A stretch of 64,000 nucleotides of DNA from Camelus ferus (Eukaryota): assembly GCF_009834535.1 (NCBI RefSeq), contig NC_045696.1, positions 60,948,001 to 61,012,000 on the forward strand. Reading direction: 5' to 3'. Below, piece after piece: positions 1-13,844 of the stretch; the first letter of the stretch is position 1; the number at the start of each line of letters is the position of its first letter. The position numbers and the translations under genes are program-made. Under the pieces are notes generated by a model, which made no database searches, was not told the origin of the DNA, and saw nothing but the letters and a program-made list of their open reading frames with translations.

Positions 1-972
1 ACTTAATAAGAAAAAAACAAACAACCCAATCCAAAACTGGGCAGAAGACCTAAACAAGCAATTCTCCAAGGAAGAAATACAAATGATCAATAGGCACATG
101 GAAAAATGCTCAATATCACTAATTATCAGAGAAATGCAAAACAAAACTACAGTCAGATATCACCTCACACCAGTCAGAATGGCCATCATTCAAAAGTCCA
201 CAAACGACAAATGCTGGAGAGGCTGTGGAGAAAAGGGAACCCTCCTACATTGCTGGTGGGAATGCAGTTTGGTGCAGCCACTGTGGAAAACAGTATGGAG
301 ATTCCTCAAAAGACTAGGAATAGACTTACCATATGACCCAGGAATCCTGCCCTTAGCATATATCCAGAAGGAACCCTACTTCAAAATGACATCTGCACCC
401 CAATGTTCATAGCAGCACTATTTACAATAGCCAAGATTTGGAAACAGCCTAAATGTCCATCGACAGAGGACTGGATAAAGAAGATGTGGCATATTTATAC
501 AATGGAATATTATTCAGCCATAAAAAAGACACAATGGAATATTATTCAGCCATTAAAAATGACAACATAATGCCATTTGCAGCAACATGGGTGTCCCTGG
601 AGAATGTCATTCTAAGTGAAGTAAGCCAGAAAAAGAAAGAAGAAAAAAAGAACATAAATACAAACCAGAAACAGACTCATAGACAAAGAATACAAACTTG
701 TGGTTGCCAAGGGGGAAAGGGGTGGGAAGGGATAGACTGCGAGTTCAAAATTTGTAGATACTGACAGGCATATGCAGAATAGATAAACAAGATTATACTG
801 TATAGCACAGGGAAATATATACAAGATCTTGTGGTAGCTCACAGCAAAAAAAAAAAATGTGACAATGAATACTTATATGTTCATGTATAACTGAAAACTT
901 GTGCTGTACACTGGAATTTGACACAACATTGTAAAATGACCATAACTCAATAAAAAAAAGTTTAAAAAAAAA
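1..972 (+). mobile_element. LINE-1 3' part (ORF2 C-terminus, 3'UTR, poly(A)); runs off the window start; young subfamily
   Basis: ORF 83..412 encodes the L1 ORF2 CCHC knuckle ([18 protein letters not shown]). It ends AATAAAAAAAAGTTT+A-tail and is nearly identical to 51939-52890. Confidence 0.95.
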
Positions 973-1559
973 GAAAAGAATTTCTTCAGAAATTTTAAAA
1001 GAGATCCTTAAAATGATAATCCAAAAATTCAAAGTAAAACAAAATGTTTAAAATACAATAAGGAGAAAATAAATCATACATACAAAAAAATAACTTCAAC
1101 AAAAGCTCTGGGAAAACATGATACCAACTACCAGTAATAACCAATCAACCACCTTTATCTTCTATATTGGAGGGGGACATGCACGTTTGGAACCACAGCA
1201 GTACAATATATCAATTTAATCTTGTTATATATATTTTATGACTCCATAATGATATGTAAAACAAGACAGAAACAATTGAAGGAATTTTGCAACAAACTGG
1301 AATTGGTTTATTTTAGATTCAAAAATCATACTTCGAAAAGCTCTCTATTTTTAAAAGCTATATTCATGCTTAGAACAGTGCCTGAGACATAGGCACAAAA
1401 TATAATTTTACTAAATAAATAACTAAATAAATAAATAACAATAAGGCATTGAAGTAAGCAGGAGAAAGAAAAGAAAGGAGAAAATAAACGAAGCTAAGTT
1501 TTACACATAAGCATGGGAACATTTGTTAATTGTTCCATATGGCTACAATCTTGTTCAAT

Positions 1560-1710
1560 CAACAAAATGTCCTTATGAGGTAGGCACTGTGCACATGAGG
1601 AAACTACCATTTAGGAAGGTTAGGAAACATGCCTTGGGGTCACACAAAGTTAGTAAGTGACTGAACTGAAATTCAAATCTAGATTTCTCTGAATTCAAAG
1701 CCCATGCATA
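1560..1710. mobile_element. MIR SINE remnant
   Basis: GAGGAAACT...GGTCACACA...AGTAAGTG...ATTCAAATCTAG...TCAAAGCCCATGC is the typical MIR core. Confidence 0.65.
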
Positions 1711-2487
1711 AATATACTTACACAAAACACTATTATACTATAAATTATTATTTTTAAATGCTGAAAAACAGGTACATGATTAACAGGCAGCTCCACTATC
1801 CCAGTAAAAATCAGGATTTTTAAAGATACTATTTAATACTGATATTATACAGCATCATTAAATTATTCTTCAGATAGAGACTCTTACTAAATGTTATCTT
1901 TAAGATTCATAGGAATTATAGGCTATATAACTACGGTATACTTGTATCCTGCTATGTTAATAGACTGGACTTTCCTTCACATCTTAAAACATAGAAAGGC
2001 TGAAAAGTTATAATGGAAAGAGATAGGGGCTACTTTTCTAAGTCTTACACATGCTCCCTGGCCTGCTTTTCAGTATCTCTTGGAATTTTTATTCCTTTAT
2101 TTTCTTGGGGGAATATTACTATAATTTTTAAGAAGTATTTAATAAAACTTTTAACAAAATGTTCTTATATTGTGATCAGTTTTACTCTCCTCCCACCACT
2201 CAACAGTTCCTAAAAAGTGAAAGGCAGTTTTCAGTTTTAAAAGAAGTACGGTAGGGGGAATGATACAACAAAGTTTCCATACAGCAGCAAGCAATGCACT
2301 AGGACTTCCAAATGCAAAGTTGTATCAATGAAGATTTTAAAATACTGGCCCTTCAAAACTGCAGCTTTAGAATTTAGATAAATTCTTTCGTTTGTAAACT
2401 GTCAAAAATAACTGATGTTGTGAATTTAATGGAGAAGTTTTTTAAAAATAATTATATAATTATCAGGAGATTTTGTATATTCCATGG

Positions 2488-2676
2488 CAATGCCTATCAA
2501 ATTTTAGTATGCATCAGATTGACCTGGAAGGCTTCTTAAAACACAGATTGCTAGGCCTTGTGCCCAGAATTTTTGATACCACAGGTCTGGGGTGAGACCC
2601 AATAATACGTATTTCAAACAATTTTCCATGTGATGCTGTTGCTACTAGTCTAGGAGCCACATTTTGAGAACCAGTG
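2488..2676. mobile_element. MER5A-like hAT-Charlie MITE
   Basis: GCATCAGA..ACCTGGAAGGC..TTAAAACACAGATTGCT..GGTCTGGGGTGAGACCC..TTTGAGAACCAGTG matches the recalled MER5A layout. Confidence 0.75.
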
Positions 2677-4462
2677 CTCTATGTGTAAGCTATGGTAAGC
2701 CCAAAAGAATTGCATATTGGCAGAGAAGGTATAGGATTTCTAGTCTAAGACAATAATTTGAATGTTTGCTATTAAGAGCAATAGGGTTTTTTCTTTCTAT
2801 TTTCCAAGAGAAACTAAATGATTAGTATTCTGTAATTAACTCTGTGTGTTTGTGTTTGCCACATTTAGAAAAAATATACTAAGAAACTTGAACTCTGTAT
2901 TATCATGAAGTTGTAACTGCAATATAGTTCTATGTTGCAGTAAGGTTTCTTCCTCCAGAAAACAGACGAAAATAAAAATAATTCAAACTTTTGATACATA
3001 CTCTAAAGATAATAGTAACCCAACAAGTTAAAGAAAAATGGAAAGTTATGAGTCACACCAAGAACCCTGGCAAAGCAAAAAATTGCCTTTTTGACAAGGC
3101 AGCATAATATAAGACAGCAAAGGATATTTCATAATTTGCAAAAACCATAAACCCTCACTGAGACACAGATTATATGAAATAACTCATACTACTTATCTTG
3201 ATAATTGTTATCTTATACTGAATTTAAGTAATAGCTGTTAAATTACTAGATATCTTAGTTCAAATGCATTTTGCTAGAAAGTCATTAAGCATATAGATTA
3301 TAAATATTCCTTTGTTTAGAGGAAGAAGATAAATCTTTGGTGAAATTGGTCTTGATTAATCTGCTGGATACACATATGAAATCAGACTAAGTACACTGAG
3401 GAAACTAAGGAAGTTAAATTTAGGAGCCTTCAAATATACAGGATCAATGACATCATATAATGAGATTTATTGAAAATGAGCATCAAAAGTTGGCATTTAA
3501 ATGTCAATATTTCTGAAACTTTTGATAATACTTTAATTATAAGTTTGGTAGAATAACATATAGTAACATGGTACCTAAAATATGACTACACTGGGTATGA
3601 AGGAAAGGAAAAGATAGTAACTCAGTTTAAAACATAAATGCAAATCAACCGAAAGTTTTAATATTAGAGTAAGAAAAAAATTAAGTCAAATGAGAGTTAA
3701 AATTGTCCACATTCATGACTTTGAAAGGCTCCTACTACTTCACATAAATTATCTAAGTTGTCCCTTATGCCATCCTGTCTGGTATCAGTTGTCACATGAA
3801 GTAGTATAAAAGGAGGCTGCAATAGACAGACTGTAATCCTGTATCCTATTGCTCACTAAAAGGAACCAAGACTGCTTAAAGATAACAAATGCGCTATTTG
3901 GGGGAGAGGGAAATGAGATGGATCTAGAAAATCTTTTTGTTCTTGGAATGCAATTTTCAAGTTCTCAGCTCTCAAGAGGAGGGCTCCCACCCATGAAGGG
4001 TTCAGGTAGTGACATATGAGTACTGTATACAAAATGTAGAGCCAGTTATAAAGTTCTTGAATCTCTAAGAGATCTTTAAGTCCAGAAGGATCCTAAAAAG
4101 GAAAGGTAACATGAAAGGTGCTATGAAGAAATCAATACCTATCATGAAAAATTCTCCTTTTGTGACAAAAGGAGAGGATAGTCAAGACATAAATTCTACA
4201 GAAAATAAGTCTTTAAGTTGTATTTGTCATTATCTTATGTTGGAAAATAAAGAAGTGTCTACAAATTGCAAGTACTATGATAAGACAGCAAAATTAATAA
4301 ACCTGTGCCAGTCACTGTTGATCTGACCTCAAGAATGTTTAGTTCCTATTGTTACTAAACAGTGTCTTCATAAGCAAGATGAACAATTGAACCAGCACTA
4401 ATTAGGCTTCTAAAGCAAATATGAAAAACAAATATATCGATGAGAAATGAAGACCTACTTTT

Positions 4463-5761
4463 TTTTTTCATTTTTCTGTTTTATTAGGTACAACTGTTAC
4501 ACTTTGGCTGCACATATACAATTCATTGCATGTAAATACATATACACAATATACTGCACATATTATTTAAATTTACATATATGTACTGTTCATTATTTCT
4601 AAGAGCGTTTAGAGCTTTAGCTTTTTAAACTTACATAGTTATCAAAGGAATAAAGCCAACCACAAAATAAGAATTAATTCAAAAAGATACATACATCCCA
4701 CTATTAACAGCAACATTATTTATAATTGCCAAGATATGGAAGCATACTAAGTGCACATCAACAGATGAATGGATAAAGAAGATGCAGCATATGTATGTAA
4801 TGGAATACAACTCACCCATAAGAAAGAAGGATATTTTGCCATTTGCAACCCTTCATTCACTTTTTTTCCCCACTTCAAAAACCAGAATTTTAAAACTGAC
4901 AGAAACATTTCCATTGCATCAAAAATACCTAGAAATAAACTTAACCAAGGAGATTATCTATACTCTGAAAACTGTAGAACACTGATGAAGGAAACTGAAG
5001 ATGATACAAAGAAATGGAAAGATTATCTTGTGCTCTTGGAAGAATCAACATTACCAAAATGGCTGTACTACCCAAAGCAATCTACAGATCCAATGCAATC
5101 CCTGTCAAAGTACTCACAACATTTTCACAGAACTAGAACAAACAATTCCAAAATTTATATGGAACCATAAAAGACCCCAAACTGACAAAGCAATCTTTTA
5201 TGGGTCTTTTTTTAATCTCTCTCTCTTTCTTCATTTTGTTCTCTTTTCTTATGGTTTTATGACTAGAGAAGTTCCTTTAACATTTGTTGTAAAGCTGGTT
5301 TGGTGGTGCTGAAATCTTTTAGCTTTTGTTTATCTGTGAAGCTTTTGGTTTCTCCATGAAATCTGAATGAAAGCCTTGCTGGATAGAGTATTCTTGGTTG
5401 TAGGTTTTTCCCTTTCTTCACTTTAAATATATCTTGCCATTCTCTTCTGGCCTGTAGAGTTTCTGCTGAAAAATCAGCTGATAACCTTATGGGAGTTCCC
5501 TTGTATGTTACTTGTTGCTTTTCTCTTGCTAACTTTAATATTTTCTCCTTATTCTTAATTTTTGTCAGTTTGATGACTATGTGCCTTGGTGTGTTCCTCT
5601 TTGGGTTGATCCTGTGTGGAAGTCTCTGTGCTTCCTGGACTTGGGTGACTGTTTCCTTTCCAAAGTTGGGGAAGTTTTCGGTTATTATCTCTTCAAAATT
5701 TTTCTCAGGTTCTTTCTCTCTTCTCTTTCTAGGACCCCTATAATGCAAATACTAGTGCACT
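4463..5761 (-). mobile_element. 5'-truncated copy of the composite half-L1-like (HAL1-like) element
   Basis: ORF 5263..5748(-) encodes the L1 ORF1p C-terminal half. It is followed by inverted ORF2 pieces, a unique tail and poly(A), collinear with 40206-41513. TSD-like AATGAAGACCTACTTTT (4446-4462) / AATAAAGACCTGCTTTT (5762-5778). Confidence 0.9.
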
Positions 5762-6262
5762 AATAAAGACCTGCTTTTGGTATTACAATTTTGGGTAGAA
5801 AGTCCCAATCCTCATTAGAAGTGGGGACAAAAAAACACAGGAAGATTGAGCTGTGGACACAGGTTGGGGTTTCTGCATAAGCTGAGATCCTTACTGCACC
5901 AACAGGATGACATACTAAGGCTTTTTTTTTTAACCTTTTCTGCATAACTTTGGCAGCAGCCCTGCTGAGCCAAGACACAGTCCAAAAGGACTTGCTAACA
6001 TCACATTTGACTCTCACCATATACATAACCATGTTATGCCCAAATCATGAGCATATTATATCCTAGGAACAAGGTAAGTGATGGTGTAACTTTCTTCTTT
6101 GCCTACTGTATACTTTTCTCTTTTTAAAACAGACTGATGTTGAGAGTGCTCAATTTGGTTGGCCTATGTGGCATGGGGTTAGAATAACTGGGTTCAACTA
6201 TTTACTTAACTCAGAGACCCTCTGGAAAAAAAAGAGCAACCTCAGTCACCTGATTAGCTGTA

Positions 6263-6420
6263 GAGCAGTCCTTCTCAAACTGTAATGTTCTCATAATTAC
6301 CTGGAGAACTTATTAAAATGCAGATTCTAATTCTGGGATGGGATTTGAAATTCTGCATTTCTCATAAAATCCTAGGTGATGCCATGTTGCTGGTCTACAA
6401 ATCACACTTTTAATAGCAAA
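6263..6420. mobile_element. MER5-like hAT-Charlie MITE
   Basis: CAGTCCTTCTCAAACT..ACCTGGAGAACTTATTAAAATGCAGATTCT..TCTGCATTTCT..AGGTGATGC..GCTGGTC..CACACTTT. Confidence 0.7.
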
Positions 6421-7466
6421 ACTTTATAGACCCATAGATCAACTTGAAAATTTCAAAGATGTTATATAATGGTAGAATCCTAGGAAAAGCGAATCATAAC
6501 AAAAAGGATAAATATGACTTTGAATAGTATTTATCAACCAAGAAAACAGAAAAACTGTTACTGAAACCAAATAACCACCAAGAATTTTTCAATCCACAGA
6601 GGCAAGAGGCTCTGCAAACCTCAAGTAAGATACATATAAAGAAAGCCACATCATAATCAAACTGCAGAAAATCAAAGACAAAGGAAAAAAAAAATCTTAA
6701 AAGCAGCCAGAGAAGAAACATCCAAATCTTACTCCCAAAGTGACATTCTCTCTACCACACCCAAACCCACCTCTTCAAATCCCTGGGAACAGCTTAAACA
6801 TTAAAACTATCCCACCTCCCATTTCATATACACACTGGCTTGTTTTGTATATGCTACGAAAGGAATCCCTTGTCATCTATAGCACTGCTTCAAGAAATTC
6901 CTTAAGTCTTTGTCTTCTAAAATCCTTTCCATTTGAACAGGGCACCACTTTCTAACCCTGAACTCCATACTTCAGTCTCTCATTTCCCATACTGCCTCAA
7001 AGTAGAGCCTACAGTGCTCGCAGATACTTAACATTAAATTCCCTTTCTCCTGCTTAAACATCATTAAGAGGCTAAACACTGTCTGATTCTGTAGTCTCCA
7101 AGGGAGGAACATGAGCCTGCTATCCAGGGGATACATAAAATGACCCACCAAAGGATGGAAGAAAAACATTACAACTTTTATTTCCATTTGTTTACTTTCT
7201 TTAAATTTTGTATTTATGTCTATGTCTATTTTATAATACATATAATTTTAGTAAATTAGTATATGCACATAATATATAAGTAACCGTACATTGTTAAAAA
7301 TATCTTACATTAGGGATTACTGGCTAAAATGCAATGGAATACTGTTCCTAGTTATTGGGATTTGGGACACAGCAGACACTTGAAATGATACGAAGTAGAA
7401 GGACTGTTCATCCTTCTCCTCAAATTAATGCATACTTCAGATCTTAAAAAGAAACTGAAGGTACTC

Positions 7467-7499
7467 TCAGAATAAAAAAAAAAAAGAAAGAAAGAAAAG
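7467..7499 (+). mobile_element. Poly(A)-only retrotransposition scar with 17-bp TSD
   Basis: TCAG-AATAAA-A-rich tract flanked by AGAAACTGAAGGTACTC (7450-7466) and AGAAACGGAAGGTACTC (7500-7516). Confidence 0.75.
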
Positions 7500-8402
7500 A
7501 GAAACGGAAGGTACTCCTTGAAAAGAATCTAATTAATAATCTTTTCCTTCTCACTCCCAACTAAACAAAGAAATGAAACGTTTAGTTGTAGAAAAGCTAC
7601 ACTAATTACAATCAGTAAAATGCCTACTGCATCATATATATTGATTACTGTGCATCAATAATTATATTCTCCAATGAAGGTCCAACTGTTCACTTGATTT
7701 AACCATTAAATACAACTTGTAGTTAGACATATGCCATTTTTTTAGGCTGCCCAGGATCTAAACACTATTCCCATGTTCGAGGAATCCAATACTTTCTGAA
7801 ACAGACTTCTTTCCTCAACAGAAGCTGAAAAATGCCACACAGTATGTTTGCTTTCCTGACCTCTCTCGTGGCTAGGGGCACAGGCACATGATCTAGGTTC
7901 CCCCAAGCAGACACATCCTCCCCTAACCTTGAACTGAAAGCAGAGTGGTAATATACACCCCTATTTCCACAGACAGTGGTGGCATTAGTTCCAGCACTGG
8001 TGTAGAGTGTCCATCATCTCTAGTGGTGGTACACGTTGAAGTGTCTATCCCCAGTGGCAATGCTAGCGATGTCTTCACAGGACAAGTTCTGTCACATGAT
8101 TTTGGGCATTATTCCTGGTTACTTATCCTTCCAGCCTGGTTTTCCAGTCCTCCCAGAGATTTCGTGGGCTAGTCATAACCACAGTTGGTTTCTGTCGCTC
8201 ATAACCAAGATCCTGACTAACCATACATGCTCAATTTTCATAGTTTATTTTTTCATGTAAATTGGTTATCTATCTGTAACTTTAACAACACAGTTCTTCA
8301 GTGACAGTACCTTAAAAACAAATAAACCAATCTTTCAAGTGTTTATTCTATATCAAAGTGCTCAATTTTACAAAATGAAGTATGTGTTTTATACTTAAAA
8401 AA

Positions 8403-8519
8403 TTGTTTTGAGGGGGAGAAGTAATTAGATTTACTTATTTTTAGAGGAGGTACTAGGGATTGAACGCAGGACCTCATGCATGCTAAACATGTGTTCTACC
8501 ACTGAGCTATATCCACCCC
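8403..8519 (-). mobile_element. tRNA-Ala-derived SINE (camelid Vic-1 type)
   Basis: Reverse complement reads GGGGTGGATATAGCTCAGTGGTAGAACAC...GAGGTCCTGCGTTCAATCCCTAGTACCTCCTCTAAAAATAAGTAAATCTAATTAC, the same body as 12033 and 26965. Confidence 0.85.
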
Positions 8520-8639
8520 AAAACATTTTCAGCTGAATAATATCTTTAGCTTACCTAATCAAGATATCTTTAGAAGTGAAAAATTACTATTTTTCTAAAT
8601 TAATTTTAAAGCAGCAAAGTCTATGGAAGAATTTCTTAG

Positions 8640-8802
8640 ACCACCTGCACCTAGAACCATCAGACTGCTTCTTAAAAATGAAGCTTAATGGACCCCACCC
8701 CAGAACTCCTGAATCAGACTCTCTAGGGTCTGGTCCCAGGAATGTACATTTTTTTTTAAGTGTCACAGGTGATTTTATGCACATTAAAGTTTGAGAATCA
8801 AC
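8640..8802. mobile_element. MER5-like hAT-Charlie MITE
   Basis: ACCACCTGCACCTAGAA..CCCCACCCCAGAACTCCTGAATCAGACTCTCTAGGG..AGGTGATTTTATGCACATTAAAGTTTGAGAA. Confidence 0.7.
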
Positions 8803-9429
8803 AGACTATGGTCTGTCATTTGATGACAGATGACCAGAAATCACAATGTTACTAAGCTAGAAAAGGATCACATATTTACCAGGCTAAGATTCTCCTTAGA
8901 TAACTGAAACTTGCATAATTATCAAAGTTATAAATATTGAATACACATGGAAAGCCAACTTTACTGTAAGGAGTTTAAAATTTTTTTACTCTTTTATTAG
9001 CAAATCGAGGCCCTATTTTGAAATTTTTCAAACCCCTAAAAATTCTCAATTGCTACTGGTTATGTTTTCGGGTCCTAATTCTTAGCACACATAACATCAT
9101 CACTCTTATCCTCTATGACACCAATTAATGAGGGTCTGAATGCCTAACTCTGATATAAAAGGGAACTATATTCACTGGTATTATCCTTGAAAATGTTTTG
9201 ACTGAATTCTACTGTATGACTGAAGCCCCAAGGGTCCTCATTAAACCCAGTCACACAGAAGTCAGTTGTTACTATTTCTAAAGCTAAGAAAGTGAATAGG
9301 CTCTTCATTTCCTGTTTTTGCCTTCTCATTCACTCACCCATCCATCCCATCTATCCATCCAATAAACAAGGGGTATTTGGCATTGTACTAGGTGATGTAC
9401 AATAAGAGGAAAGTAAGACAGAACCCTCT

Positions 9430-9980
9430 ATAGTAGGCAGAACCCTAAGATGGCCCCCAAGATCTCCCACCCTAATCCTTGTAACTGTAAATGTGAAATA
9501 TATTCTGATTATATTCCTTATGTGGCAAAAGGGATTTTGCTGCTATAACTAAGTAATTATTAATCAATTGACTCTGAATTAAGCAAAATAGAGACAATCT
9601 GGCTATACTCAATCTCATCACAGGAGCCCTCTAGCTGGTAGCAGAAGTCAGAGATTCCAAGCAGGACACACCACTGTTGGTGTGAAGGTGGAGGGGGCTA
9701 CGTAAGGAATGTGGATAGCATCCAGAGCACCCCAAAGCTGACAACTAGCAGAGAAATGGGACCCTCAGTTTTATAACTGCAAGAAACTGAATTCTGCCAA
9801 AACCTGAATGATTCTGGAAATTCTTCCTCAGAGACTCCATATAAGAGTCCAGTCTGGCCAACACATTGATTCTGGCCTTGTGAGACCATGAGGAGTCCAA
9901 ATGAGTCCAGTTTTCTGACCTACAGAACTGTAAGATAATACAGGTGTTTTATTAAGGTATGTCTAGAGCAATTTGTTATG
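9430..9980 (+). mobile_element. MaLR solo LTR (MLT1-type)
   Basis: Starts GTAGGCAGAA..AAGATGGCCCCCAAGAT; contains GGCAAAAGGGATTTTGC and AACTGAATTCTGCCAA; ends AATTTGTTATGCAGCAA..AAACTAATA. Confidence 0.75.
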
Positions 9981-12032
9981 CAGCAAGAGGAAACTAATAT
10001 ATCTCCTTCAAGAAGTTCCCAATCTAGTATGAGAAAAGACAGTATCGTTCACTGTGACAGTAGAAAAGTGTAAACAAGGTATTAGGGAAGCAAGAAAAGT
10101 GCCTGATTGGGGAAGGGGGATCACAGGGAGATAAGGAGGAAAAAGAGAAGGTTAAAAAAGAAGAGGTGCTATGAATAATACATGAGTTAATGAATAAGTA
10201 AGACTAAATAAAGAAGTAAATGAAAATAAAGTAAATAAACCATAAATGTACAATTAAAAAAAATGAAGTGAACACCCATATAGGTGATGAACCTAGGGTA
10301 AAGAATAGAATATTTTCAGTACTTCAGAAACACATCCACCCTTAACCCACTGCCCCCTTTCCTCTAACATTTTCCCTCTCCTACAGGTAACCATGTTTGT
10401 TGTATTTATTGGAAATCTCTTTTCACTCCCTATGTGGCTTATCTTTTCACTCTCTATGATTCCAGGTCATTTTTTAAAACCTGTTTTTAATGGAAAAGTC
10501 AATTACCTAGTTTTTGTAAGAAATATATTTAATAAATCAGTTAAAATCCTTGGTTTAAGATTTCCTTCAAATAATAAAAATTGAGAAGTTTAGAAGAACA
10601 AGGAAGAAAGTTAAAAGTAAGGAAATACCTTAAATTTTTAGGAGTTGTTTAGGATTCTAAAATTAGTAGCATTGCATTTGATATTGCTGGCTGCTTCAGG
10701 AACTCAAAATAATGTCCCTTTGTGTGAATTACTGTATTTACCATATATTTTTCTCCAAACTTGAGTGGAATAATTGTTTCATAAATGAACTGAAAAAATA
10801 ATGAACATGTATGTTACTATTTAAAAGTCATGGTTCATGTTATAATGATATAATAGTAATATTATTAATATTACTAATTAACCATCCATCCCTAAATACA
10901 GCCACTGTAAAAGGAAATGAAACCTAGGAAATCTTTGCCCCAACACTGCTGCCATTCTTCTAGACTCAATATTGGTTTTGTGGTGATCTATGATTCATCT
11001 TCTCATCCCTCCTAGAAGCACCATCCTACTATCTACCCTTCCTATTTAGAAAACAATGCCAGTAAAGTTGAGTCTAGATTTTTACCCCTGAAACATAAAT
11101 TTAAATCTTACTTCAGGCGCCTTTATACCCAACAGCCTCTCTTTATAAAAGAGGGGCTATTGCAGGGGGTCACGGTGGCAGGGAGAACATAAGCAACAGA
11201 AATCTTTTAAAGTCCTTCCTATTGTGTCAGTCCAGTATAAGAATTGAGCTGATCCTCATGCAGAAGAGAAAGGAAGAAGCATGTGAATAAGACTGTATTA
11301 GAGCTATGAGATTTCTCATTCCAAACAGAAAGTAAAGTTATGAGAGGAGGGGAGTTATAAACGTTTCCTGAGATGTGTTCTTAGCATCCTGTATTTCAAT
11401 TTAATATGCATACTTCCATAGAAACTGTTACAAAGAGTAGTATTACATAAAATACTACATCCATACTTGTAAACCTGGGATACTCATGGGGGCAGGGGGT
11501 GGATTCCAGAAAACAACAGAATAAACAGTACAGAAACTGATTTGGCTTGGTGTTCCTTAATGGCAATTTGAAGGCATAGATTTGTATTAAAACAAACATG
11601 AATATATAATATAGGGTGGCACCCTTAAGAAAATCCCAAGTCTTCAAATTTCAAGTTCCCTACTGAGGCTACTTCAAGTTCTATACCCCAGACCTTCTCT
11701 GAGGTTAGAGGTACTTCAATAAAAATCTGTGTCATTAACACATATACACACTCTTTACAGAGAGAGATGTGGGAGATCATGGCCTTTAGGTATAAAGAGG
11801 CATGAAATAAATGAGTTAGGATGACTTTCATGTTTAGAAAAAAAAAATAGGTTTTTTTGTGGGTGGCCTGTAATCCTAGTTAAGCTACATACAATAGGTA
11901 ACACTGTTTCTATGAGAAACTGCTTTTGTAACTTTGTAAATTAAGTTTAAGTTTAGAAAGTTGTGTACAATTTGTTAGAACAATTCCATTTCTAGGAATT
12001 TATTCAAAGGAAATAATAAGGAATGTGAGCAA

Positions 12033-12195
12033 GAGGGGGAGGTATAGCTCAAGTGGTAGAGCACGTGCTTAGCATGTATGAGGTCCTGGGTTCAATCCCC
12101 AGTACCTCCTCTAAAAATAAACAAACCTAATTACCTCCCCTCCACCAAAATAAAATAATTAAATAATACAATAATAAATAAAATATTTTTTAAAA
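12033..12195 (+). mobile_element. tRNA-Ala-derived SINE (camelid Vic-1 type)
   Basis: A box TAGCTCAAGTGG, anticodon-like CTTAGCAT, B box GGTTCAATCCC, AT-rich tail. TSD AAGGAATGTGAGCAA (12018-12032) / AAGAAATGTAAGCAA (12196-12210). Confidence 0.9.
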
Positions 12196-13844
12196 AAGAA
12201 ATGTAAGCAAAGAGTAGTATAGAAAATGTTCATAGCTTACTTACAACAATAAAAAATCAGAAATAGTCTAAAATGCCCAGTAAAGGGATCTGGTTAAGTA
12301 CAAAATACAATTAAATACTCTGCAGCCATTAAAATTCTATTCTAAGAAAATATTAACAGACATGACACCATATTTCTAATATACTATGAGATAGGAAAAC
12401 AAACTATAAAAAGTTAATACCATGTTTTTCAATATATACGTACATGTATTAAAAAAACTTGGAAGAATATGTCAAAATGTTCATAGTGGTTTATCAATGC
12501 AGTAGTATTATTCCTTTTTTTTCTTTCTCCATCTTGTGTATTTGTTTTTCCAAATTTTCTATGGTAAATATATATTACTCTTACAATTACAAAGGAATTC
12601 AAATTAAATATACAGGAGTTTATATGCATGCACAAAGAGCTTCTGATTCTTTGTCATCAACTGGTTCTGTGACAAAAAGTCACAGGAAAAATTAGAAAAA
12701 AATAAATATTTCCCCTTGTATTTATATATCTTTTCTTATTGTAGTAAAAATCATATTCCTCAAGTTGCACTGAATACAGAACAAGGAGATAGCATCTCTC
12801 ACCTATCAGACTGACATAGATCAAAATGAATGAGATCTGTGGATGCAAATGGAAGACAACTCATGCACTGCTGGTATAAATCTAAGTTGAACAATCCTTC
12901 TGGAAGGACAATTTTAAAAACTGTATTAAAAAACCCTAAAGTTGTGTGTACCTTTTAACCAATTAATTATATTTCTAGGAATTTATCCTAAGAAAATAAT
13001 TAAACAAGTCTGCTAAGACATACGTACTAAGCTATTCTCAGCAATATCATTTGTAATAGTGAAAGTCAAAAATAATACCAGTGTGCATCAATAAGGTAAG
13101 TTAAAAGACAGTATCTATAGTGGTCTACTATTAAAAATTAGGCTATAGATTTCTATTTTCTGATACTGTATCTTATGTAGTAAGAAAAAATCAGATAAAA
13201 CAGCCTCTGAATTTTTTAAAAAGTGAGAATGTGAAGAACATTTCATGAAGAAAATGTTTGAAGATTTCAAACCAGGGTTCACTACCAGTTATCTCTGTTA
13301 AGTGGAATTACTTATGATCTTTAGTGTCTCCTTTATAATTATTTGTACCACAATGACGACGTATAACTCTTAATATCAGAAGAAATGATTTTTAAGTACA
13401 CTAAATTGAACCAGCCTGATGTAATCAAATAAACTCGCTTCGGTGTTTTCTACTCTTTTCTCATTGCTAAAGCTCTTAGAAGGCTCCTAATTTAATGCAT
13501 AATACTCAGTAGATGGTAAATTTGTCAAATATATAGCTAATGCCTTTATTAACAAAGATGATGTGCTGAAATGCTAGTCTTTATTAACAAGGTTATTTCT
13601 AAAAGAAAAAATTATATATCCCCCTCTCCCAGCCCTAAGATACTAGCAAAGATCTTATATTATGGCTGAGCCCCCATTTGCTGCTACCCCCTCCATTTGC
13701 CTCTGCCCTCTCAATCATTAAGGTGTTTTCAGTTCTAGTTACCATGGTGGCTTACTATATTATGGATATAGAAAAATACTGCCAAAAGAAGTATGATTTA
13801 TAAAATAAATCATGCAGAAGAAAATGTCAATTCTATTCTAGACA

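Noticed and set aside
12035..12108. Possible tRNA-Ala(AGC) gene
   Set aside because: It continues into a shared SINE body and A-rich tail, is flanked by TSDs and has two diverged sister copies, so it is a SINE head.
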